Source: Candidatus Deferrimicrobiaceae bacterium
Lineage (GTDB): Bacteria; Desulfobacterota; Deferrimicrobia; Deferrimicrobiales; Deferrimicrobiaceae
Reading direction: 5' to 3'
DNA length: 64,000 bases
Assembly (NCBI GenBank): GCA_963792415.1
Contig: CAWBVY010000006.1
Location: forward strand, 792,582 to 856,581
Shown: positions 25,072 to 34,446 of the stretch, piece after piece
How positions within the stretch are numbered: the first letter of the stretch is position 1
How the letters are laid out: the number at the start of each line of letters is the position of its first letter
Translations under genes and position numbers: made by a program
The notes under the pieces: generated by a model
The model's input: only the letters and a program-made list of their open reading frames with translations
The model's database searches: none
Told to the model about the DNA's origin: nothing

Positions 25072-25766
25072 GCGGACCACCGGAACAGCACGGTGCCGCC
25101 GAAAACGGCCGCCATCGTCAGGAAGAACACCGCGGCGGTCCGCTCCGTTCGGCTGCACGAATAGACCGATGCGGCGCCCAGGAGCGGAAGCGCCGGGAGG
25201 AGGATCGCGAAGTTCCCCCGGCTGGCGGGGCCGAATTGGGGAAGCAGCCACTTCGATACCGCAACGCCCGCCCCCGAGAAGACGAGAGCAAGGACCATCC
25301 CGGTCACCAGGAACAGGGTGATGCCGGCGAGCAGCCCGTGCTCCACCGCCCGGATATCCCCCCGGTCCACCGACTCCGCCGTGATGCGGGCGATCCGCAC
25401 GTTGATCTTCCGGACGAAGCGGTCCGCCGCTTTTCCAGCTTCCGCGACGAAGACCGAGAGCAGCAGGAGGGCGGTGAAACTCCCCGCGTCAAGCCCGATG
25501 GAGGAAGCGGCGACCGCGGCGGCCGAACCGCCGAACACGGCTGCGCCCGTGTCGTCGGGAGGGATCGAGGCCCCCACGGGGAGCCGGGCCAGGTAGATCA
25601 GCTCGAGGACGACCCCCACCTGGGTGCCGGCGGCCATGTTCCCGAAGATCGCCCCCATCAGCGTGGCAACGACGAGAGGGCGGTGGAGCATCAGCTGACA
25701 CGCGGCCGTCCGGTCGAGGTAGCACACCCCGCCGAGAAGGACCGCCAGGAGAAACCGCCAGACCAC
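25068..25766 (-). CDS. PTS mannose/fructose/sorbose family IIC component
   Basis: QLMLHRPLVVATLMGAIFGN...G..LELIYL...PVGASIPPD; hydrophobic; GTG start estimated. Confidence 0.9.
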   Translation of the reverse strand: MVWRFLLAVLLGGVCYLDRTAACQLMLHRPLVVATLMGAIFGNMAAGTQVGVVLELIYLARLPVGASIPPDDTGAAVFGGSAAAVAASSIGLDAGSFTALLLLSVFVAEAGKAADRFVRKINVRIARITAESVDRGDIRAVEHGLLAGITLFLVTGMVLALVFSGAGVAVSKWLLPQFGPASRGNFAILLPALPLLGAASVYSCSRTERTAAVFFLTMAAVFGGTVLFRWSA

Positions 25767-25768
25767 CC

Positions 25769-26245
25769 CTACTCCCTTTCCGCGTCGAACGACGTTCCCG
25801 ACTCGAACGGCGTCCCCTGGACGAGGACCGTCACCCCGTGCGAGCGGAACCACCCGAGGGCGTCGAAATCCTCCGGGGCGAAGAAAACGGACGGGGAAAT
25901 CTCGACTTTCCCCGCGGCGAAATGGAGATTTCCGATGTTCAGGAGGTTGAATCCCGCCCCCGCCTTCCGGAGCGCCACGGCGTCCCCTGCGCTGGCGACC
26001 AGCAGGATGGAGCGCTCCCCGTTCCGGTCGGCGTCGGCAAGGACGGGAATCGCCTCGTCGAGGCGACAGAAATGAACCCGGATCGCCGGGGGAACCGCAA
26101 GCTCCATCACGGAGCGCAGGAAAGGGTTCCCGGCCAGGTCGTCATTGGCGACGATCAGGGAATCGGCGGACGTGTGGGGCACCCACGCCTCAACAACCTG
26201 CCCGTGGATGAGCCGGCAGTCGATGCGGGCGAGCACCAGGGGCAT
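25769..26245 (-). CDS. PTS mannose/fructose/sorbose family IIB component
   Basis: LARIDCRLIHGQVVEAW (phospho-His motif), LNIGNLH. Confidence 0.93.
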   Translation of the reverse strand: MPLVLARIDCRLIHGQVVEAWVPHTSADSLIVANDDLAGNPFLRSVMELAVPPAIRVHFCRLDEAIPVLADADRNGERSILLVASAGDAVALRKAGAGFNLLNIGNLHFAAGKVEISPSVFFAPEDFDALGWFRSHGVTVLVQGTPFESGTSFDAERE

Positions 26246-26249
26246 CCCG

Positions 26250-26672
26250 TCACTTCTCCGGCTTCTTTTCGGCCTTCTTCTTCAGCATGTCCCCCGGAAT
26301 CATGATGCTGCGATGGCCGCACTCCTGGAGCTGGCGTGCGAGTTCGTCGAGCGGCACCGCTTCCCGGGCCATGGGGAACTTCACCATCATCGGCAGGTTC
26401 ACCCCCGTCAGGACCACCACGCGGTGCGTGCCGAGGAACGATAGCCCGATGTTGGAGGGCGTCCCGCCGAACATGTCGGTGAGAAGCAGCACGCCGTCCC
26501 CGTTCTCGACCGTGCGGACGGCCCCCTCCACCGCGTCGTGGATCGCCTCGACGCTCATCTCGGGGGAAATGTCGACGGCGACAATCCCCTCGATCTTCCC
26601 GACGATGATCCCTGCGGCGCGCACCAGTTCCGTGGCGAAAGCGCCGTGGGAAACGACAACGGCTCCGATCAT
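26250..26672 (-). CDS. PTS mannose/fructose family IIA component
   Basis: VVVSHG (phospho-His), LLTDMFGGTPSN, VLTGVNLPM. Confidence 0.93.
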   Translation of the reverse strand: MIGAVVVSHGAFATELVRAAGIIVGKIEGIVAVDISPEMSVEAIHDAVEGAVRTVENGDGVLLLTDMFGGTPSNIGLSFLGTHRVVVLTGVNLPMMVKFPMAREAVPLDELARQLQECGHRSIMIPGDMLKKKAEKKPEK

Positions 26673-27577
26673 TTCATCCCCTTGGAGGGCAGGGAGGAGC
26701 GCGACAGGTCGCGGTGGGCCACGACGACCGCTTCCCTCCTCTTCCCGAGAATATCGCCGAGCGCCTCCGCGACAGCGACGGACCGATGCCTGCCGCCGGT
26801 GCAGCCGACGCCCAGCGTGAAGTACGCCTTCCCTTCCTTTCTATAGAGGGGAAGGAGGAAAAGCAACAGATCCGACAGGCGGCGCAGGAACCCCTTCGCC
26901 GCGCGGGCACCCAGGACATAATCGCGGACCCCCCGGTCGAGGCCGGTAAACCTCTTGAGCGCCGGGACGAAGTTCGGGTTGTCGAGGAACCGGACGTCGA
27001 CCACCATGTCGGCCTGGACCGGAATCCCGTACCGGTACCCGAAGGAGACGACACTCACCACCAGGTCGCCGGCCCCCTCGCGGCGGAACCGTCGCACAAT
27101 CGCGTCTCGAAGCTGGTGGACGTTGAACTCCGACGTATCGATGACGGCGTCCGCGATCTCGCGCAGCGGCGAGAGAATCCTCCGCTCCTTCCGGATCGCG
27201 GCCGGGGCCCCGCCCTTGGCTGCGAGGGGGTGCTTGCGCCGCGTTTCGCTGAACCTCCGCACGAGCGCCTCGTCCGCCGCGTCCAGGAAGAGGACGTGGA
27301 CCGCGCTCCGCCCCCCCCGCATTTCGTCGAGGACCCTGGAGAGGTCCGGGAGAAACTCCTTCCCCCGGATGTCCATCCCGAGGGCCACCCGGGCCTCTGC
27401 TCCCCGCGCCTCGGAGACGACGTCGACGATCTTTGGAAGGAGAAACGGCGGCAGGTTGTCCACACAATAGTATCCGAGGTCCTCGAACGCCTTGATCGCC
27501 GTGCTCTTCCCGGCCCCTGACAGCCCGGTCACGACGACGATGTCCGCGCGGTGCGCCCGCGCGTCGACGGCGGTCAC
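26669..27577 (-). CDS. rapZ: RNase adapter RapZ / YvcJ P-loop protein
   Basis: VTGLSGAGKSTA, YCVDNLP, RRFSETRRKHPL, SFGYRYGIP, DVRFLDNP, GCTGGRHRSV. Confidence 0.95.
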   Translation of the reverse strand: MTAVDARAHRADIVVVTGLSGAGKSTAIKAFEDLGYYCVDNLPPFLLPKIVDVVSEARGAEARVALGMDIRGKEFLPDLSRVLDEMRGGRSAVHVLFLDAADEALVRRFSETRRKHPLAAKGGAPAAIRKERRILSPLREIADAVIDTSEFNVHQLRDAIVRRFRREGAGDLVVSVVSFGYRYGIPVQADMVVDVRFLDNPNFVPALKRFTGLDRGVRDYVLGARAAKGFLRRLSDLLLFLLPLYRKEGKAYFTLGVGCTGGRHRSVAVAEALGDILGKRREAVVVAHRDLSRSSLPSKGMK

Positions 27578-28512
27578 GGGGTGCCGCCCCCTCCGGCGCG
27601 ACGCGACTGGCGCTCGACGAATTCCCGCGCGGAGTGGACCCCGAGCCGCTTCAGCAAGTGGTTCCGCACCGCCACCTCGACGATCGCCGCCAGGTTCCGC
27701 CCGGGGGAGACCGGGACGAGAAGGGAGGGGAGTCTGACGCCGAGGATCTCGACGGTCCCGTCCTCGAGCCCGAGCCGGTCGTACTCCCTCGAAGAATCCC
27801 ACTCCTCGATCCGGATCACGAGTTCCATCTTTTTCATCCGCGTCGTCGCGGTGGCGCCGAACAGATCCCGGATGTTGATGATTCCGAGCCCCCGGATCTC
27901 CATGTGGTGGCAGGTGAGATCGTCCCCGCGGCCCACGAGAGTGGCCGGGCCGAGCTTGTCGACGTGGATCACGTCGTCGGCAACGAACCGGTGGCCGCGG
28001 AGGACGAGGTCGAGAGCGCATTCACTTTTACCGATCCCGCTTCGTCCCGAGAGGAAAACCCCCACGCCGATGACTTCGAGGAAGACGCCTTGGACCGTGG
28101 CCGTTTCCGTGAAAAGTCGGTAGAGCTGGCGGCCCGCCTCTTCGAGAAAATCGGCAGAGGGAAGGTCGGACGCGAACAGGGGGACGGAAGCCCGCTCCGC
28201 CGCTTCAACGAAGAGAACCGGCGCCGGGAGCGGTCCGGCGACGATGGCGCACGGCAGCGCACCGGTGAAGAACCGCTCGGCGATCTCCGGCTGCTTCACC
28301 GGATCCTGCCTGCGGAAGTAGTCCAACTCGATCTCGCCCAGGACCTGGACGCACCCTTCCCTGGACGGGAAAACTTCGCCGGTAATCGCCAGCCCGGCTT
28401 CCTGGACCCGGCTTCCCGCGATCCCCCGGTCCATCCCGCGATCCCCCGCTAGAAGACGGAGGCGCAGGGGCGCGGAGCACTCGTCCCGGAAGACTTGCAC
28501 GGAGATCGGCAC
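27574..28512 (-). CDS. hprK: HPr(Ser) kinase/phosphorylase
   Basis: G.SGIGKSECALDLVLRGHRFVADD, HHMEIRGLGIINI..LFG, PVSPGRNLA.IVEVA..N. Confidence 0.94.
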   Translation of the reverse strand: MPISVQVFRDECSAPLRLRLLAGDRGMDRGIAGSRVQEAGLAITGEVFPSREGCVQVLGEIELDYFRRQDPVKQPEIAERFFTGALPCAIVAGPLPAPVLFVEAAERASVPLFASDLPSADFLEEAGRQLYRLFTETATVQGVFLEVIGVGVFLSGRSGIGKSECALDLVLRGHRFVADDVIHVDKLGPATLVGRGDDLTCHHMEIRGLGIINIRDLFGATATTRMKKMELVIRIEEWDSSREYDRLGLEDGTVEILGVRLPSLLVPVSPGRNLAAIVEVAVRNHLLKRLGVHSAREFVERQSRRAGGGGTP

Positions 28513-28528
28513 GGCCCCTCCTTTCGGT

Positions 28529-28990
28529 TCAGGCGCGCTCGTCCGCTTCCCGGAGGACCTGCGAAAGCCCCTCGGCTCCCTCTGCCGACAGGAGCCGCGC
28601 CCGGAACCGCTGGTCCTTGAGGAGCCGCGAGATGCGGGCAAGCGCCTTGAGGTGCATCCCCGCGGAATTTTCCGGGGCGAGGATCAGGAAGAAGAGCCGG
28701 GCCGGCTTCCCGTCGAGGGAGGCGAACTGCACCCCCGCGGGACTGCGCCCGAAGACGGCGACCAGACGGTCGATCCCCGGGATCTTCCCGTGGGGAATCG
28801 CCACCCCCTCGCCGATTCCCGTGCTCCCCAATCCCTCGCGGTCCATCAGGATCGCGGTCAGCCGCGTGGGGGAAAGGGCCGGGATCCGCCGGCAGACCGC
28901 CTCCGAGAGCTCGAGAAGAACCCCCTCCTTCGTCTCCGCCCGGAGCCCGTCCACCACGGCCTCCGGGGGGATGATGTCCTGAATCCTCAT
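28529..28990 (-). CDS. ptsN: PTS IIA-Ntr-like (fructose-type IIA) protein
   Basis: REGLGSTGIGEGVAIPHGK, FASLDGKP, HLKALARISR. Confidence 0.93.
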   Translation of the reverse strand: MRIQDIIPPEAVVDGLRAETKEGVLLELSEAVCRRIPALSPTRLTAILMDREGLGSTGIGEGVAIPHGKIPGIDRLVAVFGRSPAGVQFASLDGKPARLFFLILAPENSAGMHLKALARISRLLKDQRFRARLLSAEGAEGLSQVLREADERA

Positions 28991-29526
28991 CGGGCCGGCG
29001 GCTCCGTGAAGCCGATGTTGCCGTCCTGCTGCCGGAAAACCACGCTCGGCTGGTTCGTCTCCTGGTTCACGAACATCACCACGTCGAGCCGGAGCATGTC
29101 GAGGTGACGCGCCGCATCCTCCACCGTCATCGGCTTGACCAGGAAGTTGTCCGAGTGGATGATCCTGGGGCGATCTCCCCCCTCCGCGATCGTGATGGAC
29201 GATCCGGACACCATCGGCTCGGGGGTGACCGCCTGCCCCTTCTCCTTCCGCTTCTCGCGGTACTTCTTCAGCTGACGCTCGACCTTGTCGCACACGAGGT
29301 CGATGGCCGAGTACAGGTCTTCGGTGGATTCGAACGCCTTGACGGTGATCCCCCGGGCCGTCAGGAACACCTCGGCGATGTGGCGGTATTTCTCGACGGA
29401 CAAGGTGACGTGCGCCTCGAACTCCTTTTCAACCACTTTTTCGATCTTTCCCAATTTCCCGATCACGTAATCCTTCAATGCCTGGCTCGGGTCGATATGC
29501 CGGAACGTCACGTTGATCTGGTTCAC
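28987..29526 (-). CDS. hpf: Ribosome hibernation promoting factor (long form)
   Basis: INVTFRH, DLYSAIDLVCDKVERQLKKY, C-terminal KPMTVEDA domain. Confidence 0.93.
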   Translation of the reverse strand: MNQINVTFRHIDPSQALKDYVIGKLGKIEKVVEKEFEAHVTLSVEKYRHIAEVFLTARGITVKAFESTEDLYSAIDLVCDKVERQLKKYREKRKEKGQAVTPEPMVSGSSITIAEGGDRPRIIHSDNFLVKPMTVEDAARHLDMLRLDVVMFVNQETNQPSVVFRQQDGNIGFTEPPAR

Positions 29527-29567
29527 GGTTGCCCCTCCTTCCGCAGAATCGGTGCTGTGGCGCTGCA

Positions 29568-31028
29568 CTAGAACTGCTTCCTGCGCCGCGAAGAGGCCAG
29601 CAGCCCCATCGCCGCGCGGTACTTTGTCACGGTCCGTCGGGCGATCCGGATCCCCTGATTCCGAAGGAGCCGCATCAACTCCTGGTCGCTCATCGGCTTG
29701 TTCTCGCCTTCGGCGTGGATGATCTCCCGGATCTTCTCCTTGACGGATTTTGAGGCGATATCCTCCTCCCCCCCCTCCCGGTTGAGCCCCGAGGTGAAGA
29801 AGTACTTCAACTCGAAGATCCCGTGGGGGGTGTTCACGTACTTGCCGCTGGTCACCCTCGATACGGTCGACTCGTGCATCTCGATGTCCTCGGCGACGTC
29901 CCGCAGCGTCAGGGGCCTCAGGTAGCCGGGCCCCTTCTCGAGGAAGTCGCGCTGCAGCTTCACGATGCTCTCCACGACCTTGTAGATGGTGCGCTTGCGC
30001 TGCTCGATGCTCTTGATGAACCACAGCGCCGCGTTGACCTTCTGCTTCAGGAACTCCCGGTCCTCCTTCGGAAGTCCCTCGGCGTCTCCCGTCAGCAGCC
30101 GCCGGTAGTAGGAAGAGAGGCGAAGCCGGGGCTGACCGTCGTCGTTCAGGGTGATGACCCATTGGTCGTCGACCTTGAACAGGTAGACGTCGGGGGTGAT
30201 GTACTGGACGTCGTCTCCCGAGTATTCGCGGCCGGGCTTCGGCCACAGGGTGACGAGCCTCTGGAACGCCTCCTTGACGGCCTCCTTCGGGAGCTTCATC
30301 CGACGCGCGGTTCCCGCCACGTCCCCCCTGGAGAACAGGTCGAAGTGGTCCGCGAGGATCCGGAGGGGAAGTTCGAACGCCGCGCCCTTTTCCCGGGCCT
30401 GGATCATCAGGCACTCCCTCAGGTCCCTCGCGCCGACCCCCAGGGGATCGAGCGTCTGGACCGTCGCGATGGAGCGCTCCACCTCTTCCACCGGAAGGGA
30501 GAGGGCCTGCGCGGCTTCCTCGGCCGTTGTCTTCAGATACCCGTTTTCGTCGATGTTTCCGATCAGGTAGAGCGCGACATCGCGCTCGGCGTCGGAGAGG
30601 TCCAGGAGCCGCAGCTGCGTCTCGAGGTGCTCGGTGAGGCCGGGGCGGCGCGTGAGGGTGTTCTCGTAGTAGGGACGCCCGTCCTCGTCGTCGGTGTCCC
30701 GATCCACGCGCCCGTCGCGGGAGCCTTCGTTGAAGTAGTACTCCCAGTCCACGCGGTCGATGAGGCTGTCGCCTTCCTTCGGCGTGGGCCCCTCCTCCGG
30801 GGTCGGGGGTGTGAACACCTCCGCCGCCGGGGCCTCCTCCCCGGCCGTTTCCTCGCTGGTCTCCTCGCTGGCCTCCTCGAGCGCAGGGTTGACCTCCAGC
30901 TCCTCCCGCACCGCCTGCTGCAGTTCGAGCCGGGACAGCTGCAGCAGCTTGATCGCCTGCTGCAGCTGGGGGGTCATCACCAGCTGCTGGCTGAGCTTGA
31001 GAGATTGTCGGAGTTCCAGCGCCATCAA
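29568..31028 (-). CDS. rpoN: RNA polymerase sigma-54 factor
   Basis: MTPQLQQAIKLLQLS, PLTLRDVA..I.MHESTVSRV, RpoN box ARRTVTKYR. Confidence 0.97.
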   Translation of the reverse strand: MMALELRQSLKLSQQLVMTPQLQQAIKLLQLSRLELQQAVREELEVNPALEEASEETSEETAGEEAPAAEVFTPPTPEEGPTPKEGDSLIDRVDWEYYFNEGSRDGRVDRDTDDEDGRPYYENTLTRRPGLTEHLETQLRLLDLSDAERDVALYLIGNIDENGYLKTTAEEAAQALSLPVEEVERSIATVQTLDPLGVGARDLRECLMIQAREKGAAFELPLRILADHFDLFSRGDVAGTARRMKLPKEAVKEAFQRLVTLWPKPGREYSGDDVQYITPDVYLFKVDDQWVITLNDDGQPRLRLSSYYRRLLTGDAEGLPKEDREFLKQKVNAALWFIKSIEQRKRTIYKVVESIVKLQRDFLEKGPGYLRPLTLRDVAEDIEMHESTVSRVTSGKYVNTPHGIFELKYFFTSGLNREGGEEDIASKSVKEKIREIIHAEGENKPMSDQELMRLLRNQGIRIARRTVTKYRAAMGLLASSRRRKQF

Positions 31029-31042
31029 AGCCCCTTCACCGG

Positions 31043-31828
31043 TCAGAGCGAGAATCCGTCTCCCAGGTAGATCTCCCGGACCCGGTCCGACGCGGCGATC
31101 TCCCCGGGCTTTCCCGCGAGGAGGATCTCCCCCTCGGAGATGATGTACGCGCGGTCGCAGACCTTGAGCGTGTCGCGCACATTATGATCCGTCATTATAA
31201 CCCCGATCCCGCGCTCTTTTAATCCGAGGATCACCTGTTGAAGGTCTGCCACCGAAATCGGGTCGATGCCGGCGAACGGTTCGTCCAGCAACAGGAAATC
31301 GGGGGAAAGGACCAGGGCCCGGGCGATCTCGACGCGGCGCCGCTCCCCGCCGGACAGGGCGTACCCCATCGTGTCGGAGACGTGCCCGATGCGCATATCG
31401 CGAAGGATCGCCTCGGAGCGCTCCCGGCGCTCCCCCGGAGACAGGGTGGTCTCCTCGAGGAAGGCGAGGATGTTGTCCCGAACGGAGAGCTTCCGGAAGA
31501 CGGACGGCTCCTGGGGAAGGTACCCCAGCCCCATCCGCGCGCGGCGGTGCATCGGCAGGTCCGTCACGACGGCGCCGTTCAATCGCACCTCGCCCTCGTC
31601 GGGGCGAACCAGACCCACCATCATGTAGAAGATCGTCGTCTTCCCGGCGCCATTGGGCCCGAGCAGACCGACCACCTCTCCGGACAGCGCCTCGAGGGAA
31701 ACCCCCTTGACGACTTGCCGCCGCCGGTAACGCTTATGCAGCCCCTCCACCGCGAGGGACTTCCCTTCCCGGTCCCCCCGCCGCCGGTGAGGGCGGGCGT
31801 CCTGTGCCGTGCGCACCGGGTCGGTCAC
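31043..31828 (-). CDS. lptB: LPS export ABC transporter ATP-binding protein
   Basis: GLLGPNGAGKTT, YLPQEPSVFRKL, LSGGERRRVEIARAL, LLDEPFAGIDP; start uncertain. Confidence 0.95.
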   Translation of the reverse strand: MTDPVRTAQDARPHRRRGDREGKSLAVEGLHKRYRRRQVVKGVSLEALSGEVVGLLGPNGAGKTTIFYMMVGLVRPDEGEVRLNGAVVTDLPMHRRARMGLGYLPQEPSVFRKLSVRDNILAFLEETTLSPGERRERSEAILRDMRIGHVSDTMGYALSGGERRRVEIARALVLSPDFLLLDEPFAGIDPISVADLQQVILGLKERGIGVIMTDHNVRDTLKVCDRAYIISEGEILLAGKPGEIAASDRVREIYLGDGFSL

Positions 31829-32343
31829 TTCGGTGACGTCTCCACGATCCCCTTGGGGTTGATCACCGCCTCGACGCGTCCTCCGTCCTTGCCGCCCGTC
31901 ACCACGGACCGGTTCTCCCGCAGAAAGATGGTGACCGTCTCTCCCCGGACGGTGTTCTGTCCCTGCCGGAGCGTCGCGCCCCCCGAAAGGATGATCCGCT
32001 GCTCGAGGTTGAGGAAGGTGGCCCGCGGAGAACGCGCCTCCCGCCCCTCCTGGACGAACCGGACGTTCCCCACCGCCTCGATCCGGTCGATCGCACCTGC
32101 CTCGCGGGAGTAGTCGGCCTGGACCCGGTCGGCGTAGAGCGTGACATCGGCCTGCCGCGCCACTACGTTCCCCTCGAAGGTGACGATATTGCGCGTACTG
32201 TCGGCGCTGAGGCTGTCGGCGGTGACGTCGATCGGGCGGCTTCCCAGTTCCCGCGCGGAGTCGCCCGCGCGCTCCTGCGCTGGGGCGCCGCCGGCAAGGA
32301 CCGCGACAAGGCAAAGGGCCGCGAAGATCCGGGGAATCCGCAT
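31825..32343 (-). CDS. lptA: LPS transport periplasmic protein LptA
   Basis: Signal peptide; PIDVTADSL, FEGNVVARQ, A.GNV.FVQ, L.QGQNTVRGE.V..FL (OstA-like). Confidence 0.88.
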   Translation of the reverse strand: MRIPRIFAALCLVAVLAGGAPAQERAGDSARELGSRPIDVTADSLSADSTRNIVTFEGNVVARQADVTLYADRVQADYSREAGAIDRIEAVGNVRFVQEGREARSPRATFLNLEQRIILSGGATLRQGQNTVRGETVTIFLRENRSVVTGGKDGGRVEAVINPKGIVETSPK

Positions 32344-32348
32344 CGGTC

Positions 32349-32927
32349 TCACCCCTTCCGGCCGGGACCCTTCGCCGGCGAGAGGCGGCTCGTGGTCGAC
32401 TCCATCGTGATCTTCCCCTCCCCCCATTCCCAGGAGAGGTTCTTCCCCTCGACGGAGACGCCCGGGCCCTCGATCCTCGCCGGTCCGGGAACGCGAAGGA
32501 CCGATCCCGCCAGGTCCAGCGTCGCCGGGGAGAGTTCCCCCGTCCATCCGCCCTTCCGTGCGACCCGGCACCCGTCGGGAAGCCCGATCGTCTTCCCGTC
32601 GAGGTCCCACGCCGCCCGCGGCGCGCGTACGGTCGTCCCGGCGAACGGCGATCCTTCCCCGAGATAAACCGTCACACCCCCGGCGGAAAGCGTCCGGCTC
32701 GCGTACCCGTAGAGCGCCCCGTCCGCGTCGAGGCGGTTCCACGACCCGTCGTCGTGGAGTTCCCGCACATCGACGGGCCCCAGCAGGATCTCCGGACTGC
32801 TGCCGGCCGTCTCCTGTTCCACCACCCCCGCCGGCGCGGCGACGAAGGTCGGAGTCAGGGCGGAACGGACCGCGAGGACCAGCACCAGGAGGGCCATCGC
32901 GGCCCACGGGAGGAGACGGGCGTTCAT
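32349..32927 (-). CDS. lptC: LptC-like LPS export protein
   Basis: Single N-terminal TM helix then beta-rich domain; lies between kdsC and lptA. Confidence 0.65.
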   Translation of the reverse strand: MNARLLPWAAMALLVLVLAVRSALTPTFVAAPAGVVEQETAGSSPEILLGPVDVRELHDDGSWNRLDADGALYGYASRTLSAGGVTVYLGEGSPFAGTTVRAPRAAWDLDGKTIGLPDGCRVARKGGWTGELSPATLDLAGSVLRVPGPARIEGPGVSVEGKNLSWEWGEGKITMESTTSRLSPAKGPGRKG

Positions 32928-33481
32928 CCTGCCTCTCCCCCGGAAAAGTACTTCGATGTCGCCGCTTCCCACGAGCCGCGGGAGCGGAGGACGAACTCGA
33001 CGACCTCCCGCACCGCCCCACGCCCGCCGGGACGCGACGCGACGAAGTGCACCGCGTCGAGAACGTACGGTTCCGCGTCGGAGGGAGCCGCCGAGAACCC
33101 GACGGCCCGAAGGAGCGGGAGATCCACGATGTCGTCCCCCACGTAGGCGGTCTCGCCCGGATGGAAGCCGCTCCCGGCGAGGATATCGCGCCACGCCGTC
33201 ACCTTGTCCTTGGCCCCCTGCCGCACGATGTCGATCCCCAGTTCCCGCGCCCGGATCGCGACGACCCCGGAGGTGCGCCCCGTGATGATCCCGACCGCCA
33301 CCCCCGCGCGCTGCAGCATCTTGAGCCCGTGGCCGTCCCGAACGTCGAAACGCTTCGTCTCGACCCCGGCGGCGTCGTAGATGATCCCCCCGTCCGTCAG
33401 CACCCCGTCCACGTCGGTCAGGAAGAGCCGGACCCGCGCCGCGCCCGCCGCCGCGCCTTGCCGCACCACCGGGCCGCTCAT
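32924..33481 (-). CDS. kdsC: KDO-8-phosphate phosphatase (HAD family)
   Basis: FLTDVDGVLTDG, FDVRDGHG, IITGR, AYVGDDIVD, GGRGAVREV. Confidence 0.95.
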   Translation of the reverse strand: MSGPVVRQGAAAGAARVRLFLTDVDGVLTDGGIIYDAAGVETKRFDVRDGHGLKMLQRAGVAVGIITGRTSGVVAIRARELGIDIVRQGAKDKVTAWRDILAGSGFHPGETAYVGDDIVDLPLLRAVGFSAAPSDAEPYVLDAVHFVASRPGGRGAVREVVEFVLRSRGSWEAATSKYFSGGEAG

Positions 33482-34446
33482 CCGACTCCCGCCTTGAGAA
33501 GATCGTGGACGTGGACGATCCCCACGGGCCGGTCGGGGTCGTCGGGATGGAAGACGAACAGGCTGGTGATCGAAAACTCCTCCATTCTCCTCAACGCGGC
33601 CGCCGCCAGCTCGGTCGACGCGATTCCCTTCGGCGAAGGGGTCATGACGGAGCCCGCGGTCGTGCTGAAAAGGTCCACCCCCGCCGAGGTCGCCCGCCGA
33701 ACGTCGCCGTCGGTGATGATCCCCACGAGTCGACCCTCGCCGTCGGCAACCCCCGTCACCCCAAGCCGTTTCGCGCTGATCGTGAACAGGGCGTCTTTCA
33801 GCGGCGTGTTCGGGGAGACCAGCGGGATCTCGTCCCCCGTGTGCATCAGGTCCGAAGTCGTCTGCAGGCGCCGGCCGAGGGCGCCGCCCGGGTGCAGACT
33901 CGCGAAGTCTTCCTCGGAGAACCCCTTCTCCTCGAAGAGGACGACCGCCAGCGCGTCCCCCATCGCCAGCGCCGCCGTCGTCGAGGCGGTGGGCGCCAGG
34001 CCGAGAGGGCACGCCTCCTCCCGCACCCCCACGTCGAGGGTCACGTCCGCGTACCGGCCGAGCGTGGAGCCCGCGTCCCCCGTGAGGGCGATCACCGGCA
34101 GTCCCATTCGTTGGAAGACGGGCATCAGGCGGACGATCTCCTCGGTCTCCCCGGAGTTGGAGAGGACGATCACCACGTCCCCGCGCCGCACCATCCCGAT
34201 GTCGCCATGGATTCCCTCCGCGGGATGGAGGAAGAATGCCGGGGTCCCGGTGGAGGCGAGGGTCGCCGCGATCTTCCGGGCGATCAGTCCCGACTTCCCC
34301 ATCCCGGAGACGATGACCTTTCCCGGGGCCGCCCGCAGCAGGTCGACTGCCTTCGCGAATCGTCCGTCGAGCTTCCCCCGCATCCCCTCGATCGCCGCCG
34401 CCTCCACGGCGAGGACCCTGTCGGCCCGATCGACGCGGTCATTCAT
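33478..34446 (-). CDS. kdsD: Arabinose-5-phosphate isomerase (SIS + CBS)
   Basis: GMGKSGLIARKIAATLASTGTP, HPAEGIHGDIG, SNSGET, EACPLGLAPTAST, HPGGALG. Confidence 0.96.
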   Translation of the reverse strand: MNDRVDRADRVLAVEAAAIEGMRGKLDGRFAKAVDLLRAAPGKVIVSGMGKSGLIARKIAATLASTGTPAFFLHPAEGIHGDIGMVRRGDVVIVLSNSGETEEIVRLMPVFQRMGLPVIALTGDAGSTLGRYADVTLDVGVREEACPLGLAPTASTTAALAMGDALAVVLFEEKGFSEEDFASLHPGGALGRRLQTTSDLMHTGDEIPLVSPNTPLKDALFTISAKRLGVTGVADGEGRLVGIITDGDVRRATSAGVDLFSTTAGSVMTPSPKGIASTELAAAALRRMEEFSITSLFVFHPDDPDRPVGIVHVHDLLKAGVG

